Origin: Deltaproteobacteria bacterium
Lineage (GTDB): Bacteria; Desulfobacterota; Binatia; UBA9968; JAJDTQ01
Assembly (NCBI GenBank): GCA_028821115.1
Contig: JAPPHF010000144.1
Coordinates: 105-64,104 of the forward strand
Length of the DNA stretch: 64,000 nt
Reading direction: 5' to 3'
Shown here: one piece after another, positions 8,656 through 18,626 of the stretch
Layout: each line of letters begins with the position of its first letter
Position numbering within the stretch: the first letter of the stretch is position 1
Translations under genes and position numbers: made by a program
Notes under the pieces: generated by a model
Told to the model about the DNA's origin: nothing
Database searches by the model: none
What the model saw: only the letters and a program-made list of their open reading frames with translations

Positions 8656-9765
8656 TCACCCTCCGGCGGCGCCGCGCCGGATGGTGCCGGGGCGCATGGG
8701 GAAGGGGACGGAGCTGGTGATTTCCAGGCCGTAGCCGGACAGGCCGACGAGGTTCCTGGGGTTGTTGGTTACGAGCTTGAGTTTGCGGATGCCCAGGTCT
8801 CTGAGGATCTGGGCGCCGATGCCGAAGTCGCGGAAGCTCCTTTCCTCCCTGGCTTCCGCGGTGCGCAGGCCCTTGCCCTCGGGCTGGAGGTAGAGCAGCA
8901 CGCCGGCGCCTTCCCTGGCGATGAGTTCCAGGGACTGCTTGATGACCGAGCCGGTGTCGAAGAACTCGAAGCCGAAGACGTCGCCGGGAAGGAACTTGGT
9001 GCACACCCGCACCAGGGTCTCGCGGTCCTCGGAGATCTCTCCCTTGATGAGCGCCAGGTGCTCGCTGGAGTCCACGTGGGTGTTGTACACCACCGCCTCG
9101 AACTCGCCGCCGTAGCGGGTGGGCAACCGGGTGTTGGCGACCCGGTGGATCAGCGAGTCGTGCTTGAGGCGGTACTGGATCAGGTCCGCGATGGTGCAGA
9201 TCTTGAGGTCGTACTTCTCGCCGAACTCCTCCAGGTCCGGCAGCCGCGCCATGGTGCCGTCGTCCTTCATGATCTCGCAGATCACGCCGGCGGGCTTGAG
9301 CCCGGCCAGCCGGCACAGGTCCACCGAGCCCTCGGTCTGCCCCGTGCGCACCAGCACGCCGCCGTTCCGGGCGCGCAGCGGAAAGATGTGACCGGGCGTG
9401 CACAGGTCGCCGGGTGCGGCGTCGTCGGCGATGGCCGCGAGGATGGTCTCGGCGCGGTCGGACGCCGAGATGCCGGTGGTGACGTTCTTGACGCCGTCGA
9501 TGGAGACCGTGAACGCGGTGCCGAAAGGAGCCGTGTTGTCCCGCACCATCATGGTGAGGCCGAGCTGGGCGACCTTCTCCTCGGTGAGGGGCAGGCAGAT
9601 CAGGCCCCGTCCCCAGGTGGCCATGAAGTTGATGGCCTCGGGCGTGACCAGCTCCGCCGCCATGGTGAGGTCGCCCTCGTTCTCGCGGTTCTGGTCATCC
9701 ATCAGGATGACCATCCTGCCTTGGCGGATGTCTTCGAGGGCTTCTTCGATGGTGGCTACGGGCAT
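8656..9765 (-). CDS. ribBA: 3,4-dihydroxy-2-butanone-4-phosphate synthase (RibB) fused to a degenerate GTP cyclohydrolase II-like domain
   Basis: The N-terminal half is canonical RibB (RENEGDL, motifs through GHIFPL). The C-terminal half aligns to RibA but has lost the zinc-ligand cysteines: HSECL becomes CTKFL and RCDCG becomes FFDTG. Confidence 0.85.
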   Translation of the reverse strand: MPVATIEEALEDIRQGRMVILMDDQNRENEGDLTMAAELVTPEAINFMATWGRGLICLPLTEEKVAQLGLTMMVRDNTAPFGTAFTVSIDGVKNVTTGISASDRAETILAAIADDAAPGDLCTPGHIFPLRARNGGVLVRTGQTEGSVDLCRLAGLKPAGVICEIMKDDGTMARLPDLEEFGEKYDLKICTIADLIQYRLKHDSLIHRVANTRLPTRYGGEFEAVVYNTHVDSSEHLALIKGEISEDRETLVRVCTKFLPGDVFGFEFFDTGSVIKQSLELIAREGAGVLLYLQPEGKGLRTAEAREERSFRDFGIGAQILRDLGIRKLKLVTNNPRNLVGLSGYGLEITSSVPFPMRPGTIRRGAAGG

Positions 9766-9867
9766 GGGTTCCTAACTTAACATTTCGATAGTCGGTTGAC
9801 GACTCATGTGCTCAGTGTGGTGCGTCACACTAGGGACACTCTGATCAATCGGCGTCGAGCGAGATGT

Positions 9868-9984
9868 CGCCCTTCGACTTCGCTTCGCTACGCCTGTCCT
9901 GAGCCTTGTCGAAGGGCTCAGGGCGAACGGTTTGGGACTCTCCTCCCGTTCGCCCTGAGCGTAGCGAAGCGAAGTCGAAGGGCG
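9868..9984. repeat. Nested-palindromic intergenic repeat (MITE/REP-like), copy A
   Basis: The arms CGCCCTTCGACTTCGCTTCGCTACGC and GCGTAGCGAAGCGAAGTCGAAGGGCG are perfect inverted repeats. They enclose inner palindromes CCTGAGC/GCTCAGG and GGGCGAACGG/CCGTTCGCCC. Related copies lie at 24741, 29011 and 47965. Confidence 0.8.
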
Positions 9985-10001
9985 ACCCGTACAAATTCTC
10001 C

Positions 10002-10732
10002 CTAAAGGCCGCCGTTCATCTCCGCCACCACCGACCGGGCCGCCTCGACCGGGTCGTCCGCTCCGGTGATGGGCCTGCCGACGACGATGTAGTCGATGCC
10101 GGCGGCCACGGCGTCGCCGGGGGTCATGACCCGCTTCTGATCGCCGGCCTGCTGGCCCGCGGGCCGGATGCCCGGCGTCACCAGCAAGAAGGAGTCGCCG
10201 CACGCGCCCCGGATCTCTTGGGCCTCCTGGGCGGAGCAGACCACGCCGGCAAGGCCTTCTTCCTGCGCCATGCCGGCCATCCGCACTACCTGGGTACGAA
10301 CGTCTCCCTGCATTCCCAACGCTTCGAGGTCCGGTCCATCCAGGCTGGTAAGGACCGTCACGCCCAGCACCGACGGCCGCCGCAGCCCTTCGTTCCCGCA
10401 CACCTCCTCCACCGCAGCGGCCGTCTGCCGCATCATCTCCCGGCCGCCTGAGACGTGAATGTTGAACAACCTGACCCCGAGCCGGGCGGCTTCCACCCCC
10501 GCCGCCGCCACGGTGTTGGGAATGTCGTGGAACTTGAGGTCGAGGAAGACCTCGCCGCCAAGGTCGTGGATCATGCGGACGATGTCCGGCCCGGCGTTGA
10601 CGAAGAGCTGCTTTCCGACCTTGAGCATCCCCACTTCGGGCGCCAGCAAGGTCGCGAGGGACCTCGCCCTGGCCGGGTCGGCCAGGTCCAGCGCCACGAT
10701 CAGGCGCTGCTTGACGGAAGATGCCGCCGCCG

Positions 10733-10736
<4 letters not shown>
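10002..10736 (-). CDS. pyrF: Orotidine 5'-phosphate decarboxylase
   Basis: ORF 10002..11132, trimmed to the internal Met (MTAAASSVKQRLIVALD...). It carries the DLKFHDIPNTV and VVGRPI motifs. The 130-aa Arg-rich upstream extension is antisense junk overlapping proS. Confidence 0.88.
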
Positions 10737-12451
<1,715 letters not shown>

Positions 12452-12518
12452 GCGATCACTTATAGGAAGCGCCCATAACCCTGTCAAATTCCGGACCCCG
12501 CCGCGCTCCACAGTCTGG

Positions 12519-12538
12519 ATTCCCGCTTTCGCGGGAAT
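12519..12538. terminator. 8-bp stem / 4-nt loop hairpin (ATTCCCGC-TTTC-GCGGGAAT) between the RND pump stop and the proS start
   Basis: A perfect hairpin is seen directly. A near-identical hairpin lies at 32473..32492. There is no strong U-tract, so its role as terminator or RNA-stability element is uncertain. Confidence 0.35.
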
Positions 12539-12573
12539 GAGGGTTTGCGGGCGCCAGTGCGTGTTCCCATGGC

Positions 12574-15500
12574 CTACGGATGCTCCGGGGCGACGCTTTC
12601 GGGGGGAGCTACATCCAAGCGGAACAGTTTCCTTGCGATGGCCTTGACGTCGTCGAGGATGGCATAGAGGCAGGGCGTGAGCATCAGCGTCAGGATGGTC
12701 GCGAAGGACAATCCCCAGACCACCGAGATGGCCATGGGCGAAAGGAACTTGGCCTGGCCGGTGGCGAAGAAGGCCAGCGGGACGAGTCCGCCCACGGTGG
12801 TGACGGTGGTCAGCATGACGGGCCTCAGGCGCATGACGCCGGACTGGATGATGGAGTCGTAGGCCGACGTTCCCCTTCTCCGGCTGCGGTTGATGAAATC
12901 CACCAGGATGAGGGAATCGTTGACCACGACCCCCGCCAGGGCGACGAAACCCAGGAGGGACAGGAAACTCAGGTTCTCGCCCATGATCAGGTGGCCGATC
13001 ACGATGCCGCCGAAGGAGAAGGGGATCGCGGCCATGACGATGAACGGTTGTACGAACGATTTGAACAGGGAGCCCAGCACAAAGTAGATGACGAACAACG
13101 TGATCAGGGAGATCTGCGGCAACGCGGCCAGGGACTCCTCCATTTCCTGCCGTTCGCCCTTCACCACCACCCGCTGCCCGGGGTAACGCTGCCCAACGTC
13201 GGCGAACTGCCGCTTCAAGGCGTTGGTGGCCTCCACCACCGTGGTCTTTTCCGCCTCCACCTCGGCGAAGACGCTCAACGCCCGCTTGCGGTCGTCGCGG
13301 TTGATCTGGCTCGGGCTGATGCCGACGCCTATGTCGGCGATGTCACGCAGGAAGACCCGCTCGCCGGAGGGCAGCGTGAGCTTCATCCGCGACACGGTGT
13401 CGACGTGGCTGCGCCGGGCCCGGGGAAACCGGACGACGATGGGCACATCCTCGTCGCCGCGCTGGATGCTCGAGGCCTCCACCCCCTGGAAGCCCTGCTG
13501 CACCTGGCGCGCGATGCCCCTCACGTCGAGACCCAGCGTGCGGCCTTCCGGCTTGAGGCTGATACGGAGCTCCTCCTTGCCCGCCACGAGGTCATCGCGA
13601 ATGTCCCGCACCCCGGGCAGGGTGGCCAGGAAGCCCTTGACCTCCTCGGTCAGGCTCCTGAGGCTCGCGAGGTCCTCGCCGATGATCCGGGCCTCGATGT
13701 CCGGCCCCCCGGGCCCGGCCTGGAGACTGAGGAACTGGAGCTTGGTGATACCCGGTATCCGCTCCAGCTTCCCCCGGAGATCGTCGATGACCTCGGCCGA
13801 CGACCGGCCCCGGTCGTCGTGAAGCTCCAGCGTGAGCTGTCCCACGTTGCTTCCCCTCACCACCCGGTTCACGTCGAGGAAGGCCACGCCGACGGTCGTG
13901 GACAGGGACTTGAGCTCACCCGGGGGCAGATCCAGCACGATCTGTTCGGCCTGAACGGCCACGGCCTCGGTGTCTTCCAGCTTGGCGTTGGCGGAAGTTT
14001 CGAAGTTCACGAAGAACTGACTCGACTCGAACTCGCGAAAGAGCACGAAGGGCACCCGGTACTGGGCCGCCGCGGCCAGCAGCACGCTGCCCGCCACGAT
14101 CAGGCTCACCGCTACGTAACGCCAGCGCACCGCGACTCCCAGGAGCGCTTCATAGGCATGGCGGAAGCTGGTCAACCACAGGCGCTGGCCGCCCACGTGC
14201 AGTCGGCGGAGACCGGCCAGCCGCTCGCCGCGGCTGCGCAGCCGGGTGAGCCACAGGCGCTCGCCGCGGCGGAGCTTGTTCGCGTAGGCGGGCGTGATGA
14301 CGTCCGAGAGATGCGACGGCAGGATGAACAGGACCTCCAGGAGCGAGAGCAGCAGCGCAAAGGTCACCACCCAGGGGAGCGGCTCCATGAAGAAGCCGAT
14401 GGTTCCCGGGATCAACAGGAACGGGACGAAGGCGGCGACGGTAGTCAGCACCGTGGTGACCACCGGCCACGCGACCTCGTAGGTGCCCTGGAGGGCCGCT
14501 TCCTTGGGAGGCAGGCCCTGCTCGACGTAGCGGTACACGTTTTCGGTCACGATGACGGCGTCGTCCACCAGAAGGCCGAGCACCAGGATCAGGCCGAAGG
14601 CCGAGATCATGTTGAGACTGAGGCCGCTGATCGACATCAAGACCAGACAACCCAGCACGGCGAACGGAATGCCGAGGGAGGTCATCAGGGCGATGCGGCC
14701 GCGGACGAAGACACAAAGCACCCCCAGCACGATGGTCAGTCCGATGGCGCCGCTCTCGCCCAGGGTGCTCAAGCGGTTTCGGATGAACACCGAGAAGTCA
14801 TTGAAGAGTCCGACGGAAACGGTCGCGGGCAAGGTCTTGCGGATTTCCGCGACGGAGTCGCGCACGCGTTCCGCGACGCTGATGGTATCGCCGCTCAGCT
14901 CCTTGATGACCACGAGGTTGAGCGCCGGCTTGCCGTCGAAGCGCGAGAGGACCGTCGCGTCCTCGAAGGATTCGCGCACCACGGCGACATCCGCGACGGT
15001 AAGCGCATGTCCGGTGTCGGTGGAACGCAGGATCATGCGTTCCACGTCGGCCACGCCGCCGGCTACGCCCAGTGTCCGCACCAGGATTTCGCCCCGGGCG
15101 GTCTTCAGCGCCCCGCCGGGCACGTTGCGGTTCTGGTTGCCGACGGCCGCGCGGATCTCGTCCAGGCTCAGCCGGTACTGGTCGAGCCGTTCCGGGTCGA
15201 TCTCGATGATTATGCGGCTTTCACGGATGCCGAAGATCGACACGGTGGCGACACCGTCGACGCGTCTGAGTTGATCACGCACATCCTTGGCGATCTCACG
15301 TAGCTCCTGTTCCGGTATGTCGCCGCTCAACGAAACTGTGATTACCGGGATGGTGGACAGGACCTCGGAGACCTGGGGCTCCTCCGCTTCCTCCGGCAAG
15401 TTCACGACCCGGTCCAGGGCGGCGCGCACGTCCCCCAGGGCGCGGCTCATCTCCGTGTCCGACTGCATCCGGAGGCGGATCTCAGATTGGCCCTCGCGAG

Positions 15501-15753
15501 AGCTGGAAAGCATCTCGTTCACGCCGTCGACGTTGCGGACCCGGTCCTCGATCCTCGCGGTGATGAGCTCCTCAACCTCCTCGGGTGACGCACCCGCGTA
15601 GACCGTATCGATGCGGATCACCCGTTGGGAGAAATCGGGGAACAGCTCCCGCTTGAGCCGCAGATAGGACACCACCCCCGAAATGATGATCAGCAGCACC
15701 AGCAGGTTAACGATGACGGGGTTCCCGATGGAGAACTCGATGATCTTCTTCAT
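12574..15753 (-). CDS. RND family efflux transporter permease (AcrB/CzcA superfamily)
   Basis: 1059 aa with 12-TM RND architecture and sequence. It is translationally coupled (ATGA) to the upstream membrane-fusion protein gene. Confidence 0.9.
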   Translation of the reverse strand: MKKIIEFSIGNPVIVNLLVLLIIISGVVSYLRLKRELFPDFSQRVIRIDTVYAGASPEEVEELITARIEDRVRNVDGVNEMLSSSREGQSEIRLRMQSDTEMSRALGDVRAALDRVVNLPEEAEEPQVSEVLSTIPVITVSLSGDIPEQELREIAKDVRDQLRRVDGVATVSIFGIRESRIIIEIDPERLDQYRLSLDEIRAAVGNQNRNVPGGALKTARGEILVRTLGVAGGVADVERMILRSTDTGHALTVADVAVVRESFEDATVLSRFDGKPALNLVVIKELSGDTISVAERVRDSVAEIRKTLPATVSVGLFNDFSVFIRNRLSTLGESGAIGLTIVLGVLCVFVRGRIALMTSLGIPFAVLGCLVLMSISGLSLNMISAFGLILVLGLLVDDAVIVTENVYRYVEQGLPPKEAALQGTYEVAWPVVTTVLTTVAAFVPFLLIPGTIGFFMEPLPWVVTFALLLSLLEVLFILPSHLSDVITPAYANKLRRGERLWLTRLRSRGERLAGLRRLHVGGQRLWLTSFRHAYEALLGVAVRWRYVAVSLIVAGSVLLAAAAQYRVPFVLFREFESSQFFVNFETSANAKLEDTEAVAVQAEQIVLDLPPGELKSLSTTVGVAFLDVNRVVRGSNVGQLTLELHDDRGRSSAEVIDDLRGKLERIPGITKLQFLSLQAGPGGPDIEARIIGEDLASLRSLTEEVKGFLATLPGVRDIRDDLVAGKEELRISLKPEGRTLGLDVRGIARQVQQGFQGVEASSIQRGDEDVPIVVRFPRARRSHVDTVSRMKLTLPSGERVFLRDIADIGVGISPSQINRDDRKRALSVFAEVEAEKTTVVEATNALKRQFADVGQRYPGQRVVVKGERQEMEESLAALPQISLITLFVIYFVLGSLFKSFVQPFIVMAAIPFSFGGIVIGHLIMGENLSFLSLLGFVALAGVVVNDSLILVDFINRSRRRGTSAYDSIIQSGVMRLRPVMLTTVTTVGGLVPLAFFATGQAKFLSPMAISVVWGLSFATILTLMLTPCLYAILDDVKAIARKLFRLDVAPPESVAPEHP

Positions 15754-17003
15754 GAGGACAGATCCCGGCGCGTGACCACGCGGATGCGGGTGCCGTCCAC
15801 GAGCAGGCGCTGTCCGGCGGTCACGAGGAGTTCCCCGGGTTCAAGGCCCGCCGCGATCATGTAACGCGACCCGAAGCGCCTGGCGATGCGCACCGTGCGT
15901 CGCGCGGCCCGTCCCGAGTCGGGGTCGGCCACGAAAACGGCCGGCTCGGCGTCCTCGAAGATGACGCTTTCCCGCGGTATCAGGATGGCGCCCGGATAGT
16001 CCCGCACCGGGATGACGGCGCGCGCGAACATTCCGGGGAGAAGCTTCCGGCCCGAAGTGTTGGAAAGGAAGATCTCCACCGGAAACGAGCGCGTCTCCCG
16101 GTCCGCCCGCGGGCCGATGTTGGCGACCCGCCCGGTAAACTCCTCCTCCAGCCCGCGCACCCGGACCTCGGCCACGATCCGGGGATCGAGCCGGTGGATG
16201 TCGCCGGCCGGAATGCGCACGTCGAGCTTCACGGTCTTGACGTCGGCCAGCCGGAAGAGCACCTGGCCCGGCGCGACGCGCTCCCCCAGCGTCACGTTCT
16301 TGCTCGCGATCACGCCGGCAAAAGGCGCGCGGATCTCGGTATCCCTCAGGGTTTCCCGCGCCTGCTCGAGCTGGACGTCGGCCAGGGCCAGCTCCGCCCG
16401 GGCGATGGCGTGCAGCGCTTCGGTCTCCCGCTCCCCGCTTCGGGCCGATTCGAGCTCCTCTTCGATCCGCCGCCACGCCAGCTCCTGCCGTTCCGCCTCC
16501 TGGCTGGACACCAGTTCCTTCTTCAGAAGCTTCGTGAGGCGTTCGTGCTCCGCCCGCGCCAGCCGCAGCTGCTCGCGGTTGAGCTTCACCAGCTTGCGCT
16601 GCCGCTCGATGTCCACCGCGGCCTTCCGGACCCGCGCCTTCGCGCTGGCCACCTGTGCCGCCGCCTTGCGCACGGCGATCTCGAAATCCGTGGAATCCAC
16701 CCGCGCCAGCAGCGCCCCGGCCCGCACCACGCTGCCGAGGCCTATGCTTCCCGGTATCCCGACGATGCGGCCGCTGACCTCCGCGCCGACAGGACCCTCG
16801 CGCGCGGCGGCAATGGTGCCCAGTGCCTCGATCCGGTGCACGAAATCAGCCGCCGCCACCGCCGCCACCTCCACCGGCACGGGCGCAGCCTGCGGTTCGA
16901 CAGGGGGCTTTTCCTCCACGTCGCTGATGACGTACACGCCCACGGCGGTGACCGCGCTTACCAGGAGGATGAGCAGGATGGAAACGGCGATGCGGATCTT
17001 CAT
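15750..17003 (-). CDS. RND efflux membrane fusion protein (HlyD/AcrA family periplasmic adaptor)
   Basis: N-terminal TM/signal (MKIRIAVSILLILLVSAV), coiled-coil hairpin and beta-barrel regions. The start was trimmed to MKIRIAV, which overlaps the tetR stop. Confidence 0.85.
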   Translation of the reverse strand: MKIRIAVSILLILLVSAVTAVGVYVISDVEEKPPVEPQAAPVPVEVAAVAAADFVHRIEALGTIAAAREGPVGAEVSGRIVGIPGSIGLGSVVRAGALLARVDSTDFEIAVRKAAAQVASAKARVRKAAVDIERQRKLVKLNREQLRLARAEHERLTKLLKKELVSSQEAERQELAWRRIEEELESARSGERETEALHAIARAELALADVQLEQARETLRDTEIRAPFAGVIASKNVTLGERVAPGQVLFRLADVKTVKLDVRIPAGDIHRLDPRIVAEVRVRGLEEEFTGRVANIGPRADRETRSFPVEIFLSNTSGRKLLPGMFARAVIPVRDYPGAILIPRESVIFEDAEPAVFVADPDSGRAARRTVRIARRFGSRYMIAAGLEPGELLVTAGQRLLVDGTRIRVVTRRDLSS

Positions 17004-17599
17004 CCCAGGCTCCTCATGACCGACCGCGTAAGGGCTTCGGTCATCTCCTCCAGGTCGAATGCCTCCTGGTCGTAAAGCCAGTGCAGCGCCAACCCGTCGA
17101 CGCACGCAAGGATGTGTTCGGCCGTGAGCCTGGGGTGCTCGCTCTGGAAGAAGCCGCCAGCGACGCCCGCTTCGACGACCATCGTCAGGTCATCGATGGA
17201 GGACTGGTACGCGTCCCGCAACTGCATGCGCAGGAGGCTTTGCTGCTCCGCCCGGCCAGCCTCGGCCCAGACGTCGCAGAATACGTAGAAGAAGGGCTCC
17301 CATTGGCGGAAACTGACCAGGGCCGCGGCCAGAAAACGCCGGATGATCTCCGGAGGCTCCTCGATGCCGTGCAGCTCCGCGGCGTAGTAGTCCTTCAGCT
17401 TGGCCAGCATGTAACCGTGGAGCGACTGCAGGAGCTGGTGCTTGCTCTCGAAGTACTCGTAGATGGTCCCCTTGCCGATGCCGGCGGCAACCGCGACTTC
17501 CTCCATCTTCGAACGGTGGAACCCCTTCTGGGCGAAAACCGTCATGGCCGCCTCGAGTATCTCCGCGCGCTTGCGCTCCTTGTCGACTACGATGGGCAT
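17000..17599 (-). CDS. TetR/AcrR family transcriptional regulator
   Basis: N-terminal HTH (RKRAEILEAAMTVFAQKGFHRSKMEEVAVAAGIGKGTIYEYFESK) typical of TetR. It is the first gene of the efflux operon. Confidence 0.88.
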   Translation of the reverse strand: MPIVVDKERKRAEILEAAMTVFAQKGFHRSKMEEVAVAAGIGKGTIYEYFESKHQLLQSLHGYMLAKLKDYYAAELHGIEEPPEIIRRFLAAALVSFRQWEPFFYVFCDVWAEAGRAEQQSLLRMQLRDAYQSSIDDLTMVVEAGVAGGFFQSEHPRLTAEHILACVDGLALHWLYDQEAFDLEEMTEALTRSVMRSLG

Positions 17600-17610
17600 G
17601 TTCTCTCAAA

Positions 17611-17660
17611 ACTTGTGAGTCACGAGCACTAGTTCACGAACAACAATTCACGAGCACCGT
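17611..17660. promoter_or_regulatory. Candidate TetR operator/promoter region: three TCACGA(G/A)C boxes, including the palindrome GTGAGTCAC
   Basis: Direct and inverted repeats are seen directly in the 145-nt region upstream of tetR. Confidence 0.3.
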
Positions 17661-17669
17661 TTAATCTTG

Positions 17670-17685
17670 ACCGGCCAGCCGGTCA
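17670..17685 (-). terminator. Candidate intrinsic terminator downstream of jag (GACCGGC-NN-GCCGGTC stem followed by an A/T-rich run)
   Basis: Inverted repeat seen in the sequence 60 nt past the jag stop. Confidence 0.3.
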
Positions 17686-17744
17686 ATTTAAAAGACTACA
17701 CCCGTCCACCTTGCAGGTCAACGAGTCAAGCACTGATTCGACGG

Positions 17745-18581
17745 TTATTTGTCGTCGGCGACGTGTTCCGAATCCGGGTCCTTCCGGTCCCCTTCGGGGA
17801 TGATCAGGAGCCGGCGGAAGGCGCCGTGTCCGAGGCTCTTGGTGGTGAGCCAGGGATCGTCCTTGAGGGCCAGGTGGACGACGCGCCGGTCGCGGGCGCT
17901 GAGGGCGTCGATCCCTTGGGTCTTGCGGCTGCGTTTGGCCTTCTCGCCCATGCGCAAGGCCATGTCCTCCAGGGACCTGACACGCCTTCCACGGTAGTCT
18001 TCGGCGTCGACGATGGGCTGCGGAACGCCCGCGCCGACCTTGTCGGCCACGATACGGCTCAGGATGTGCTGGAGTGACTCCAAGGTCTGACCCCGGCGGC
18101 CGATGAGGAGCGCGCTGCTGTCGCCCTGGACATCCAGCACGAACTCCGAAGCGCTCGCGCCCGGCTTGACCACCACCTCCGCCTCCACGCCCATCAGCCG
18201 GAGGATCTCCGTGAGCACCTCGACGCTGACCTTCCGGACCTCCGCGGACCGCTCATCGGTCTCCGCGGGTTCTTCATCCGGCTCGCCGTCGTCGGATCGA
18301 TCGACGACCGCCGCGGCTTCCTCCGGCTCGGTCTCCGCCGGCTCGTCCGCGGGCGCCGCGGCGACCTCCATGTCCCCGGCGTCCTCGTCCTGCGCGACCG
18401 CCGCCGCCTCCCGGATGGTGGCCCGGACCCGCGCGTTCTGGCGGCCGAAGCCGAGCAGGCCCATCTTTTCCTCCGCCAGAATGTCCAGCGAGACCTTGTC
18501 CCGCTCGACGCCCAACAGGTTCAGTGCCTTGGTGATGGCTTCGTCAAGTGTTTCTCCTTCGGTTTCGACTTGCTTCATCAC
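17745..18581 (-). CDS. jag: RNA-binding protein Jag/KhpB (Jag_N, KH and R3H domains)
   Basis: Jag_N start (MMKQVETEGETLDEAITKALNLLGV) and a C-terminal R3H-like region. Conserved position downstream of yidC. Confidence 0.85.
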   Translation of the reverse strand: MMKQVETEGETLDEAITKALNLLGVERDKVSLDILAEEKMGLLGFGRQNARVRATIREAAAVAQDEDAGDMEVAAAPADEPAETEPEEAAAVVDRSDDGEPDEEPAETDERSAEVRKVSVEVLTEILRLMGVEAEVVVKPGASASEFVLDVQGDSSALLIGRRGQTLESLQHILSRIVADKVGAGVPQPIVDAEDYRGRRVRSLEDMALRMGEKAKRSRKTQGIDALSARDRRVVHLALKDDPWLTTKSLGHGAFRRLLIIPEGDRKDPDSEHVADDK

Positions 18582-18626
18582 AAACCTCTCCTCCGCGGGC
18601 GCCGCGACGCTATCGACAGCCGGCCC

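Noticed and set aside
9766-10001. Possible FMN riboswitch upstream of ribBA, TPP riboswitch upstream of thiD (53725..53901), and fluoride riboswitch upstream of crcB
   Set aside because: I inspected the upstream regions and none of the conserved riboswitch core sequences are visible. The ribBA leader is occupied by repeat copy A. A covariance-model search would be needed to be certain.
9796-10005. 69-aa ORF (and similar ORFs 47909..48157 and 47925..48122) crossing intergenic spacers
   Set aside because: They are translations of the palindromic repeat element. The shared peptide PSTSLRYA / KRSRRAT simply reflects repeat sequence.
12580-15303. 907-aa plus-strand ORF inside the RND transporter gene
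   Set aside because: Antisense to the RND gene, with His/Gly/Asp/Arg-rich nonsense composition.
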